A DNA stretch of 48,350 nucleotides from Bdellovibrionales bacterium (GCA_043784965.1 JAYVXS010000085.1:1-48350); one strand, 5' to 3'; counted from the stretch's first letter, positions 1 to 8,940 are shown. The notes: generated by a model from the sequence alone, not told the origin. Translations and numbers: made by a program.

Positions 1-85
1 TGAAAAGGTCTCGAAAACGCCAGGAGCGAAGCGCCCAGACTAGCGAAGCGGCGATTGCAACAGAAATCTGATGAAATATCCGGGC
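1..85 (+). mobile_element. Repeat family A (MITE-like), right half, cut by the window start
   Basis: Near-identical to 4300-4384 and the exact reverse complement of 48261-48345. Ends CTGATGAAATATCCGGGC followed by TA (86-87). Confidence 0.9.
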
Positions 86-87
86 TA

Positions 88-174
88 GTTACGTAGTGCA
101 GTCTGGAGGCAGTTTCGGGGCAGCTGCGACTGCTTGCAGTTTTTCGGTTTCGGTCCCGGTTAGGGGTTGGTCAG
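88..174 (-). repeat. Repeat family B copy, abutting the family A end
   Basis: Reverse complement aligns with 13897-13984 (AACCGGGACCGAAACCGAAAAACTGCAAGC...CTACGTAA). Confidence 0.85.
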
Positions 175-308
175 GCTCATTCAGTGTTTAAGCTTAAAGA
201 TTGAAGTTCGAAGATTGAAGTTCGAAGGATATCATGCAGTTTGTTACTCAGAAAGATGGCAACCTATAGGTTACTATCTTTCTGACAGGACCCTGCATAT
301 ATAGGTTT

Positions 309-356
309 CAGGTGCAGGTGCAGGTACAGGTACAGGTGCAGGTACAGGTGCAGGCG
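309..356. repeat. Hexamer tandem repeat (CAGGTR) x8
   Basis: CAGGTG CAGGTG CAGGTA CAGGTA CAGGTG CAGGTA CAGGTG CAGGCG read directly. Confidence 0.9.
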
Positions 357-410
357 TGGGCGTTCGTCAGGGTAGAGATATTCCCTCTCGCTAAATTTGA
401 TTTTCGCGAA

Positions 411-439
411 TTGACGGCTTAGATTGGACAAATTAGTCT
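411..439 (+). promoter_or_regulatory. Putative sigma70 promoter of the kamA-like gene
   Basis: TTGACG-N17-TAGTCT, followed by AGAGG RBS and ATG at 462. Confidence 0.45.
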
Positions 440-461
440 CAACCGGCTAATTTAGAGGCTT

Positions 462-1796
462 ATGAAGTTCGAATTTCAACCAGCCCCTTCTCATTATTTT
501 TCTGGCAGTGCCAAGTTTGCTGCTGGCCCCAAGGGCACGGGCCCAAATACGACCAATAGCGAAGAGACCTGGTTGAATTGGAAGTGGCAAATGCAAAACG
601 CCCTTAAAACTAAAGCGGACTTTGCCCAGTATATTGAGCTAACGCCAGAAGAAGAGATGGGTTTTGCTACTGATTTTTCTGTTCGCTGTACGCCATATTA
701 TATGAGTCTTGCTATTGGTAAGGGTCCACAAGACCCGATTCGAAAAATTATTATTCCGACTAGCCATGAAAGTCTGCCAGGTCTACAAGAGATGCTTGAT
801 CCTTTGGGTGAAAGAAAGAATAGCCCGGCGCCGCGTGTAATTCATCGCTATCCAGATCGCGCCCTTTTGTTGGTGACGGATACCTGTAGTGTATATTGTA
901 GGTATTGCACTCGCAAACATTTCACCGCGACCGATCAGGCGTTCATCAATTCATCGCAATACGACCAAGCGCTTAGTTATTTTAAATCTCAAAAATCGCT
1001 TCGCGAAGTCATTCTGACTGGTGGAGACCCACTCACCCTAAGTGATGAATTACTTGAAAAAGTGGTGAGTGATCTATCTTCGATCGATCATATTGAGTTG
1101 ATTCGCTTGGGAACACGTATGCCTGTGGTTTGTCCGATGCGAGTGACAGACTCACTGGTATCTAGGCTAAAAAAATATCATCCAATTTTTGTGATGACCC
1201 ACTTCAATCATCCCCGTGAGGTAACACTTGAAGCTTCGCAGGCGCTGCTGAAGTTTGTCGACAATGGCTTTCCGGTATTTAATCAGTTGGTGTTATTGAA
1301 CGGCGTAAATAATCATGCGGCCATTGTTCAGGCTTTATCCCGGCGATTGTTAAGTTTGCGAACCAAGCCCTATTATATGTTTCAATGCGATCCTAGTTTT
1401 GGCAGTGATCATCTGCGAACCTCTGTTCGTGATTCACTGGCCATACAAAAGGAGTTGTGGGGAAAGCTTTCTGGGCTGGCAATGCCAAATCTAAGTTTAG
1501 ATATTCCCAGTGGTGGCGGAAAGGTCGGGCTCGTTCCCGATTTTCACGTTTCGACTTCAACAACTGCTTCAGGTATTGAAACTCGCAATTTTAAAGGATG
1601 GGATGGGATCGAAAGTGCATACATCAGTCCTTCTGATTCACAAATTCGAAAGCCCATTGATTTTCAAAATTATATGGCGGAGTGGGATGCTCTTAATTTT
1701 ACAGTAAACGGCAATTTAATTGGTGCTTTAAATGTTACCTTTAATGCTACTGTCAAACGCGCTCAAGACGAGCATATTTTACACGAAATTTCTTAA
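462..1796 (+). CDS. kamA: KamA-family radical SAM protein (lysine 2,3-aminomutase-like)
   Basis: HRYPDR, CSVYCRYC (CxxxCxxC), LTGGDPL, THFNHPRE, NQLVLL, and PLP-lysine motif GGGKV. Confidence 0.85.
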   Translation: MKFEFQPAPSHYFSGSAKFAAGPKGTGPNTTNSEETWLNWKWQMQNALKTKADFAQYIELTPEEEMGFATDFSVRCTPYYMSLAIGKGPQDPIRKIIIPTSHESLPGLQEMLDPLGERKNSPAPRVIHRYPDRALLLVTDTCSVYCRYCTRKHFTATDQAFINSSQYDQALSYFKSQKSLREVILTGGDPLTLSDELLEKVVSDLSSIDHIELIRLGTRMPVVCPMRVTDSLVSRLKKYHPIFVMTHFNHPREVTLEASQALLKFVDNGFPVFNQLVLLNGVNNHAAIVQALSRRLLSLRTKPYYMFQCDPSFGSDHLRTSVRDSLAIQKELWGKLSGLAMPNLSLDIPSGGGKVGLVPDFHVSTSTTASGIETRNFKGWDGIESAYISPSDSQIRKPIDFQNYMAEWDALNFTVNGNLIGALNVTFNATVKRAQDEHILHEIS

Positions 1797-4038
1797 CTGA
1801 ATTATCTGCGAAAACTACGCTCACATCCATCGTATCACCGATACCATCTGTTTTGAAAATCGTACCTATACCAAATGTTGGGTGGCGGATGCGCATACCT
1901 TTTTTAAAGGCATCCTCGCCGCTATCGTCAAAACTTTCGTCAGAAAAGTCTTCATAACTTGGATGATCAGTTTCGCTGCGCTTAAAATTTCTGCCGCCGC
2001 TCCCAGGCGAGCTAGGCGAAGAAGAACGCGAATAGTCCGCATACTTTTGCATGAAGCGAGAGGATTGCTGAGAGCTTTGCATTTCAACAAACTCAGGCGG
2101 GATCTCTTTTAAAAATCGGCTGGGGGGGTTGTTCTGATCAGAGCCCCAGACCTTGCGAGACCGAGCATAAGTTAAGGTTAATTTTTTTTCAGCGCGAGTC
2201 ATCCCGACATACATTAAGCGACGCTCCTCTTCAAGGCGACTCTCAGATTCATCGTTAATAGATTGCCCGCTCGGAAAAAGTCCTTCTTCTAGGCCAACGA
2301 TAAATACCACGGGATACTCAAGACCTTTTGAGATATGTAAGGTCATCATGGTAATGGTATTTTCATTATCATTCATGGAGTCGACATCGCTAATTAGAGC
2401 CATTTCTTCTAGAAAGCTTTGCAAATTGGCCTCATCGCCGCGTTCTTCTGCAAATTTTGCTATTGCATTGGCCAATTCTTCTAAGTTCTGCAGTCGCGAG
2501 TCAGCCTCGGGAGAATCTTCTAACTTGAGCTTTACGGTGTATTCGGTTTGCACCAGTAATTCAGAATAAAAATCATCAAGTGAAAGAACCTGTACTTTTT
2601 CTCTCAAGACCTGCATGAGCTCTAAAAAACGGCGAATTTTACTCGTGGTCCCCGAATTAAATTCTTTATGGTCTACAGCATGTGCGGCAGCTTGAATGAG
2701 ACTCACCCCAAGCTTTTGTGCGACTTCTTCTAGTTTTTCAATCGTGGTTTTACCGATGCCACGAGCTGGAACATTGATCACTCGCTTAAAAGCAATATCA
2801 TCAGTTGGATTCAAAACGAGCTTTAAATAGCCAAGTACGTCTTTGATTTCAAGACGATCATAGAATTTCATTCCGCCGACGATTTTATAGGCAAGTGCAT
2901 TACTGCGGAGTTGCTCTTCAAGCACTCGAGATTGAGCATTGGTTCGATAAAAAATGGCAATATCACTTCTTGATAGATCAGTATTGCTTAAAACGTTTTG
3001 AATTTGTCTTACCACGTAACGAGCTTCCTCGTACTCATCTTGTTCTTCACGAACCGTGATCAATTCACCATCGTCATTTTCAGTAAAGAGTTCTTTTACT
3101 TTTCGTTCACTATTGTAGGCCACGACTTTCGTGGCAGCACCTACAATGGTCTTTGTTGAGCGATAATTTTGTTCAAGCTTGATGACGACTGCTTCTGGAA
3201 AATCCTTTTCGAAGTCCAAAATATTTTGAATGTCAGCACCTCGCCAAGAATAAATGCTTTGATCTTCATCTCCGACGACGCACAAATTTCTTGTTTTATT
3301 GGCGAGGGCCTTTACCAAGAGGTATTGAATGTGATTGGTGTCTTGATATTCATCAACCATCAAAAAGCGAAAACGTTCTTGATAGGCTTCAAGTACCCCA
3401 GGGTGACCTTGAAAAAGTTGGTATACTTTTAGTAGCAAATCTTGAAAATCAACGGCATTGGACTGCCTCATTTGCTTTTCGTACTCAGCGTAAACCTCAA
3501 TGGATTGCGCATCAAAGCTGAGGTTGTTATTGCGCTTAGAACTATTCAGTTCCTCAGGCGTCACCGCCAAAGTTTTGGCATTATTTATTCGTGCCTGAAA
3601 GTTCTTTGCCGGAAAGACCTTTTCATCAAGTTGGAGTCTGTTGCAAACCTGTTTAACCATTGAAAGTTGATCAGTTTGATCATAGATTGTGAAGGTGCTT
3701 TGATAGCCGAGCAATTCAATGTGACTTCTCAAAATGCGGGCGCAAATCGAATGAAATGTCGAAATCCACATTCGATCAAAAACTGGTATTTCAAGCTCGC
3801 CAAGTAAACTAAGAATGCGAGCTTCCATTTCACGTGCTGCTTTATTTGTAAAGGTCACTGCCAAAATTTCTTGTGGTGTGGCAAGCCCTTGAGCAACTAG
3901 ATTTGCGGTTCGATAGGTGAGTACCCGGGTTTTGCCGCTGCCAGCTCCGGCTAAAATGAGCAGGGGGCCCTCGAGGGCCTGCATGGCTTCAAACTGTTTT
4001 TTATTCAATGTGCTTGCAAGATTTTCAAGTGAACTCAT
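1753..4038 (-). CDS. uvrD: ATP-dependent DNA helicase UvrD/PcrA
   Basis: AGAGSGKT, TFTNKAA, DEYQDTN, VGDEDQSIYSWRGA, YRTNAQSR, KGLEY, YVGMTRA and a C-terminal HPTFG Tudor-like domain. Start set to ATG 4038 (ORF open to 4080). Confidence 0.95.
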   Translation of the reverse strand: MSSLENLASTLNKKQFEAMQALEGPLLILAGAGSGKTRVLTYRTANLVAQGLATPQEILAVTFTNKAAREMEARILSLLGELEIPVFDRMWISTFHSICARILRSHIELLGYQSTFTIYDQTDQLSMVKQVCNRLQLDEKVFPAKNFQARINNAKTLAVTPEELNSSKRNNNLSFDAQSIEVYAEYEKQMRQSNAVDFQDLLLKVYQLFQGHPGVLEAYQERFRFLMVDEYQDTNHIQYLLVKALANKTRNLCVVGDEDQSIYSWRGADIQNILDFEKDFPEAVVIKLEQNYRSTKTIVGAATKVVAYNSERKVKELFTENDDGELITVREEQDEYEEARYVVRQIQNVLSNTDLSRSDIAIFYRTNAQSRVLEEQLRSNALAYKIVGGMKFYDRLEIKDVLGYLKLVLNPTDDIAFKRVINVPARGIGKTTIEKLEEVAQKLGVSLIQAAAHAVDHKEFNSGTTSKIRRFLELMQVLREKVQVLSLDDFYSELLVQTEYTVKLKLEDSPEADSRLQNLEELANAIAKFAEERGDEANLQSFLEEMALISDVDSMNDNENTITMMTLHISKGLEYPVVFIVGLEEGLFPSGQSINDESESRLEEERRLMYVGMTRAEKKLTLTYARSRKVWGSDQNNPPSRFLKEIPPEFVEMQSSQQSSRFMQKYADYSRSSSPSSPGSGGRNFKRSETDHPSYEDFSDESFDDSGEDAFKKGMRIRHPTFGIGTIFKTDGIGDTMDVSVVFADNSVKKFRVKYARLERV

Positions 4039-4196
4039 CGAATCTTTCTTCAGGATTTTATAGGGCTGAGGTGCTAGCACCCATTTATTTCGTTATAGCC
4101 CGAATTCAGCCCTCACTTATACAAATCGAAAGCAGCTTTGTGAAGGAGTATTCGTGCAAATTTGAGCCTGATTCTTGCTTAGGATCAGGCTATCTA

Positions 4197-4384
4197 GCCC
4201 GGATACTTCATCAGTTTCGTCGTGAAATCGTTGATTCGCAGACTGGCCTGGCGCTTGAGAGACCTTTGAGTGAGGCAACCTCAAAGCAGGTTATCGCAAT
4301 GAAAAGGTCTCGAAAACGCCAGGAGCGGAGCGCCCAGACTAGCGAAGCGGCGATTGCAACAGAAATCTGATGAAATATCCGGGT
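4197..4384 (+). mobile_element. Repeat family A, full-length 188-bp copy
   Basis: TA|GCCCGGATACTTCATCAG...CTGATGAAATATCCGGGT|TA. Terminal inverted repeats of ~18 bp, extensive internal self-complementarity, no transposase. Confidence 0.9.
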
Positions 4385-4550
4385 TAAGTACTTACAATGA
4401 TTTCTTGACTTTTTTGGAGCTTTATATTGATTTTGGTTCGCTTTCTAGACTTGGTGTGCTAGTCTTTAAAACTGAACCGGTCCGAATTAAGAGTCTTTGG
4501 CGTTTTTTGTCCGATCTCTGAAGCGGCCACCCGACCCCTAGGAGGAATTC

Positions 4551-4898
4551 ATGGGCAGAAAACTATACGTAGGAAATTTATCTTACCAAACTACAGACGA
4601 GACCCTTTCGTCACGATTCCAAGAATTTGGAACTGTTGAGAGCGCTCGCGTGATCACTGATCGCGAAACTGGACGAAGCAAGGGTTTTGCTTTCGTTGAG
4701 ATGTCATCAGATCAAGAGGCTGCAGCTGCGGTAACTGGGCTTGATGGTCAAGAATTTGAAGGCCGAAACCTAAAGGTTTCTGAGGCACGTCCACAAGAAA
4801 ACACTGGTCGTGGTGGTGGTGGCGGCCGTGGCGGCGGCGGCGGCGGTCGTGACTTTGGCGGTGGCGGTGGCGGTGGCGGAAGAACAAATCGCTGGTAG
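4551..4898 (+). CDS. RRM RNA-binding protein with Gly-rich tail
   Basis: RNP2 LYVGNL, RNP1 KGFAFVEM, GGRGGG tail, AGGAGG RBS. Confidence 0.95.
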   Translation: MGRKLYVGNLSYQTTDETLSSRFQEFGTVESARVITDRETGRSKGFAFVEMSSDQEAAAAVTGLDGQEFEGRNLKVSEARPQENTGRGGGGGRGGGGGGRDFGGGGGGGGRTNRW

Positions 4899-4930
4899 TC
4901 TAAGAACACTCATTTTTTCTTAAAGATTTC

Positions 4931-4963
4931 AAAGCCATTCTGTTTTCAGAGTGGCTTTTTTTT
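4931..4963 (+). terminator. Rho-independent terminator after the RRM gene
   Basis: AAAGCCATTCTG-TTTT-CAGAGTGGCTTT plus T-tract. Confidence 0.85.
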
Positions 4964-5110
4964 AGCTCGCAGTATGTAGAAAAAATAAACTCAGGACCAA
5001 AGAAACTGGCAATCTATGTCCCAATAAAGAGTTAGAAATCAAACTGATCCACGTGCCGAATCCAAGTAACTAGAAAACCAAAGAAACATTGCGCTCTACC
5101 GAGCACACAT

Positions 5111-5140
5111 AAAAAAAGCCCACTCCTACAAGTGGGCTTT
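5111..5140 (-). terminator. Rho-independent terminator after hppA
   Basis: AAAGCCCACT-N6-AGTGGGCTTT preceded by an A-run (T-tract on the minus strand). Confidence 0.85.
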
Positions 5141-5169
5141 CTAAAAATCTGAATTCTATTTCTAAAATA

Positions 5170-7674
5170 CTATTTAGCGGCCAGAGGCTTAGCGGCCTTC
5201 ATTGCATCAGGTTTAACTTCTGTTTGAATACGCATTCCATAGAATGAACGATAGACAAAGAACAAGCCAACCAACAAAAAGAATGTGCCAATATACATAG
5301 AAATTTCTTTTGCTTCGACAGCAATTTCCGCGGCCAAGAGACCAAACAGAGTTGTAAACTTGATGATTGGATTAAGCGCAACTGAAGAAGTATCTTTAAA
5401 TGGATCCCCTACCGTATCACCCACCACACATGCGGCATGAAGCGCTGTGCCTTTTTCCTTTAAATCCACCTCAACAACTTTTTTGGCATTATCCCAAGCT
5501 CCACCAGCATCAGCCATAAAAAGTGCTTGAAACAATCCAAATGCAGCAATTGAAATCAAATAACTTGTGAAGAAAGTAACATCGAAAAATGCGAATGAAA
5601 GAGTGAAAGAGAAGACCACGATAAAGATATTGAACATACCTTTTTGTGCATACTGAGTACAAATTTTCACAACCTCTTTAGAATCTTTAATCGAAGCACG
5701 ATCCGAAGACTCCAGACGAATATTTTCTTTTATGTATTGAACCGCCCTAAAGGCGCCTGTGGTTACCGCTTGCATAGAGGCCCCAGTAAACCAATAAACT
5801 ACCGAACCGCCAGCTATGAGCCCCAATAATACTCTTGGATCAAGCAAATCCAACTTAATGCCAAGAAGCAAAATGATCGAGAAGATCATGGTAGTTGCAC
5901 CGATAACAGCTGTTCCGATTAAGACTGGCTTTGCAGTTGCTTTGAAAGTATTTCCCGCAGAATCATTTTCTTCCAATAATTCTTTGCCGAGTCTGAAATC
6001 AGGCTTGAAACCAAAACTCTTTTGAATCTCAGCAGAGATATTTGGAATATTTTCAATTTGCGAAAGTTCAAATACGGATTGAGCATTATCAGTTACCGGG
6101 CCATACGAATCGACCGCAATTGTCACCGGGCCCATACCCAAGAAACCAAATGCCAAAAGACCAAAGGCAAAAACTGCTGGAAAAATCATTGGAAACTGCT
6201 CAGTTACTGTAACCGGAGTAGCAACGACGAACGAAACGGTCATCAGGGCGACAATCGCAACGCCCTTCCAAAAGGCACCGAAGTTTCCAGCGACTAGGCC
6301 AGACAAGACGTTCAAAGATGCTCCACCTTCACGACTTGCAGCTACAACTTCTTGCACATGACGAGAATGTGCTGATGTAAAAACACGAGTCAGTTCAGGA
6401 ATAATCGCAGCACCTAATGTACCACAGCTGATGATTGTTGATAGCCTCCACCACAAAGAAGCGGGTTGAATATCTGAAATCATTACGTAAGAAACCGTGT
6501 AGGTAACGATAATTGAAACTATTGATGTGATCCAAACCAAAGTTGTAAGCGGAATTTCAAAATTAAATTTCAATTTAGTTAGAAACATTGCGCGAGAGAT
6601 AACTCCATTTATCCAGTACGAACCAACTGAAGTTACGATCATCAAAAGGCGCATTGCAAATAACCAAACGATCAATTTCGCTTGAAAAATAGCTCCCTCT
6701 GGAGTCGCAACATGAAGACCATTTGGATCAACAACAGTGCCCACGGCCAAAATAATGAAGGTAATTAAAGCAACACCTGTCACACCATAAGTCTCAAATC
6801 CATCAGCGGTTGGTCCGACAGAATCACCGGCATTATCACCAGTACAGTCTGCGATCACTCCTGGGTTACGAGCATCATCTTCTTTAATATTGAAAACAAT
6901 TTTCATCAAATCAGATGCAATGTCTGCAATTTTTGTAAAAATACCGCCACAAATTCGAAGTACAGAAGCCCCGAGAGATTCTCCGATTGCAAACCCAATA
7001 AAGCAGGCGCCGGCACTCTCCTTTGGAACAAAAAGTAAAATCCCAATCATCATGATGAGTTCAACACAAATCAAGACAACACCAATAGACATACCTGCGC
7101 GGAGTGGAATATCCATTACAGGATAAGCCTTTCCTTCGAGCGAAGCGAAAGCCGTTCGACTATTTGCGTAAGTATTAATACGAATACCAAACCAGGCAAC
7201 CGAGAAAGAGCCCAAAATACCGAGAACTGAGAAGCCCAAAATCATCAAAACCTTGCCCGCCTCAAGATGTGAGAGCACGCCAAAGTAATAAACAATACAA
7301 GCACCAATGAAAACCTCAATAATAACTAGAAACTTAGCTTGTTGAAGCAAATAGGTTTTACAAGTTTCGTAAATCAAATGAGAGATCTCGAGCATCGATT
7401 TATGAGCCTGTAAATTCTTAATTTTGAAGAATTCAACCATACCAAATATAATCCCAAGAAAGCCAACTAAAATACCTGACCAAAGAATCGTCTCTCCAGA
7501 AACCTGGCTGCCAAACATATTAAACGACACATTCAATGAAGGCATACGTAAAGTGGATTCGTTAGCGAAGACCTGGCTACTAGCAAACATAGGCAAAATG
7601 AGGCTCAACGCCCATAAATGTACCCGGCCCAGTTTAGATGTCTTCAGCTTATTCATGAGCTGACTAATTGGCAT
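5170..7674 (-). CDS. hppA: Membrane-bound ion-translocating pyrophosphatase, K+-independent signature
   Basis: GGIFTKIAD, EDDARNPGVIAD, YGPVTDNA, GNTFKA, GGAWDNAKK, GDTVGDPFKDT and many TM segments. Confidence 0.95.
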   Translation of the reverse strand: MPISQLMNKLKTSKLGRVHLWALSLILPMFASSQVFANESTLRMPSLNVSFNMFGSQVSGETILWSGILVGFLGIIFGMVEFFKIKNLQAHKSMLEISHLIYETCKTYLLQQAKFLVIIEVFIGACIVYYFGVLSHLEAGKVLMILGFSVLGILGSFSVAWFGIRINTYANSRTAFASLEGKAYPVMDIPLRAGMSIGVVLICVELIMMIGILLFVPKESAGACFIGFAIGESLGASVLRICGGIFTKIADIASDLMKIVFNIKEDDARNPGVIADCTGDNAGDSVGPTADGFETYGVTGVALITFIILAVGTVVDPNGLHVATPEGAIFQAKLIVWLFAMRLLMIVTSVGSYWINGVISRAMFLTKLKFNFEIPLTTLVWITSIVSIIVTYTVSYVMISDIQPASLWWRLSTIISCGTLGAAIIPELTRVFTSAHSRHVQEVVAASREGGASLNVLSGLVAGNFGAFWKGVAIVALMTVSFVVATPVTVTEQFPMIFPAVFAFGLLAFGFLGMGPVTIAVDSYGPVTDNAQSVFELSQIENIPNISAEIQKSFGFKPDFRLGKELLEENDSAGNTFKATAKPVLIGTAVIGATTMIFSIILLLGIKLDLLDPRVLLGLIAGGSVVYWFTGASMQAVTTGAFRAVQYIKENIRLESSDRASIKDSKEVVKICTQYAQKGMFNIFIVVFSFTLSFAFFDVTFFTSYLISIAAFGLFQALFMADAGGAWDNAKKVVEVDLKEKGTALHAACVVGDTVGDPFKDTSSVALNPIIKFTTLFGLLAAEIAVEAKEISMYIGTFFLLVGLFFVYRSFYGMRIQTEVKPDAMKAAKPLAAK

Positions 7675-7965
7675 ATCTTCTCCTCGTTAAGTAGTAAAGA
7701 AATCAGAGTCGCAGTTTAATTGAATTGTCGCCTACTGATTTTTAATTTTAAATGAAAATTACAAAGCGTATTTCGTAGCCTAGCCCGAAATCAATGTCAC
7801 GTATAAAAGTACTTTTAGTGGTTAGATATAGGGGGAGGCTCAGTCGGACCGCTTTAATGAGCGTCCACAAAAAATTTGAATTAGCTTTTTCGAACTCATC
7901 GACAGCAAATCAAACTAATTTTGAACTATGATTTAAACTTTGAGAGAAATCTTGTTCGTCATCAT

Positions 7966-7990
7966 AAAAAAAGGGCCCTTCGCGGACCCT
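7966..7990 (-). terminator. Rho-independent terminator after the small secreted protein
   Basis: Minus strand AGGGTCC-GCGAA-GGGCCCT plus T-tract. Confidence 0.75.
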
Positions 7991-8019
7991 GTTTTTCAAA
8001 CTTGAAATTACAAAACTTA

Positions 8020-8217
8020 TTAATGAGTTTTTTTAGCTTTAGCTTTTTTGCTCTTTTTTTCCATTTTTGCATCAGCTTTGCCCATATCATCTTTTTTCGA
8101 TGTGTCCGCTGCTGGAGCTGATGCTGGAGCTGCTGCTGCTGGAGGAGCATCTGCAGCGCGTGCTGAAAATGCAACTGCTACGATGGCCGCAAGCATAAGT
8201 GCGTTAAATTTTTTCAT
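8020..8217 (-). CDS. Small secreted Ala/Pro/Lys-rich protein
   Basis: AAGGAG RBS, signal peptide ending ARA-AD, low-complexity basic tail, own terminator. Confidence 0.8.
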   Translation of the reverse strand: MKKFNALMLAAIVAVAFSARAADAPPAAAAPASAPAADTSKKDDMGKADAKMEKKSKKAKAKKTH

Positions 8218-8466
8218 ATATTCTCCTTATAAGTGGGCATATGCCCGTTGTTTAAAGCAAATTAGTGTTAGGTCTGGTTTTTATAGCGTCAATCTAGTCC
8301 TGAATTTACTGGGCTGCGCTAAAAAGGCAAGAGAAAACTATTTTCATCAAGAAAATTGAAGCCTTGTGTTATTTAGTATTGCTCTAAAATCACGCTGAAT
8401 ATTCTGCCAGACAAACACGACTTTGGCTCTCTTGTAGATAGCTTAGCAAATTGTTAAAATAAAAAG

Positions 8467-8940
8467 ATGCTAAATTTAGAAGACAGAAAAAAATTTGCCC
8501 AAGAGCTCAATCGGAGCTTTGAGCCAGGTGAGCTTATTTTTACTGAAGGTGACGACAGCCGTGAAATGTATGTGGTAGTTAGCGGCGGCGTAGAAATTAT
8601 TAAAAAGACAAAAATCGGAGAAGTCCGATTAGCTCAATTGAATAAGGGCGATTTCGTTGGCGAAATGTCCCTGCTTGAGAGCCTTCCACGTAGTGCCACA
8701 GCCAGGGCTTTCGGTTTAACCAAATTATTGGTCATTCACCCGGGCGGCTTTCTATTAAAAATTCGCCGGGACCCTACTTTTGCTTTTGAGATGTTACAAA
8801 GTTTATCACGGCGGATTCGGGTTACCAATGAAAGCCTCGTGAAAGAACTGGGTCAGGACAAATTCAATGCTGAAGCGTTACGAACAATCGTAAGTGGATC
8901 TGAGTACTCAAATACCTCAGACACTAAAAAGATCGCATAA
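8467..8940 (+). CDS. Stand-alone cyclic nucleotide-binding domain protein
   Basis: IFTEGD, MYVVVSGGV and phosphate-binding cassette GDFVGEMSLL...PRSATA. No HTH. Confidence 0.9.
   Translation: MLNLEDRKKFAQELNRSFEPGELIFTEGDDSREMYVVVSGGVEIIKKTKIGEVRLAQLNKGDFVGEMSLLESLPRSATARAFGLTKLLVIHPGGFLLKIRRDPTFAFEMLQSLSRRIRVTNESLVKELGQDKFNAEALRTIVSGSEYSNTSDTKKIA

Noticed and set aside
4008-4370. 120-aa ORF, and similarly 27772-27972, 38587-38829 and 13716-14069
   Set aside because: These are frames running through family A or B repeats or tandem repeats, with no protein motifs.
4197-4384. CTGATGA and GAAA in family A suggest a hammerhead ribozyme
   Set aside because: GAAA directly precedes CTGATGA without room for stems I and III, and no stem II followed by GAAA comes after it.
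4380-4392. GTTAAGT and GTTAGAT at A ends match the integron attC core GTTRRRY
   Set aside because: Other copies end GCTAG, the left ends are not RYYYAAC, the copies do not separate cassette-like ORFs, and there is no integrase in the window.
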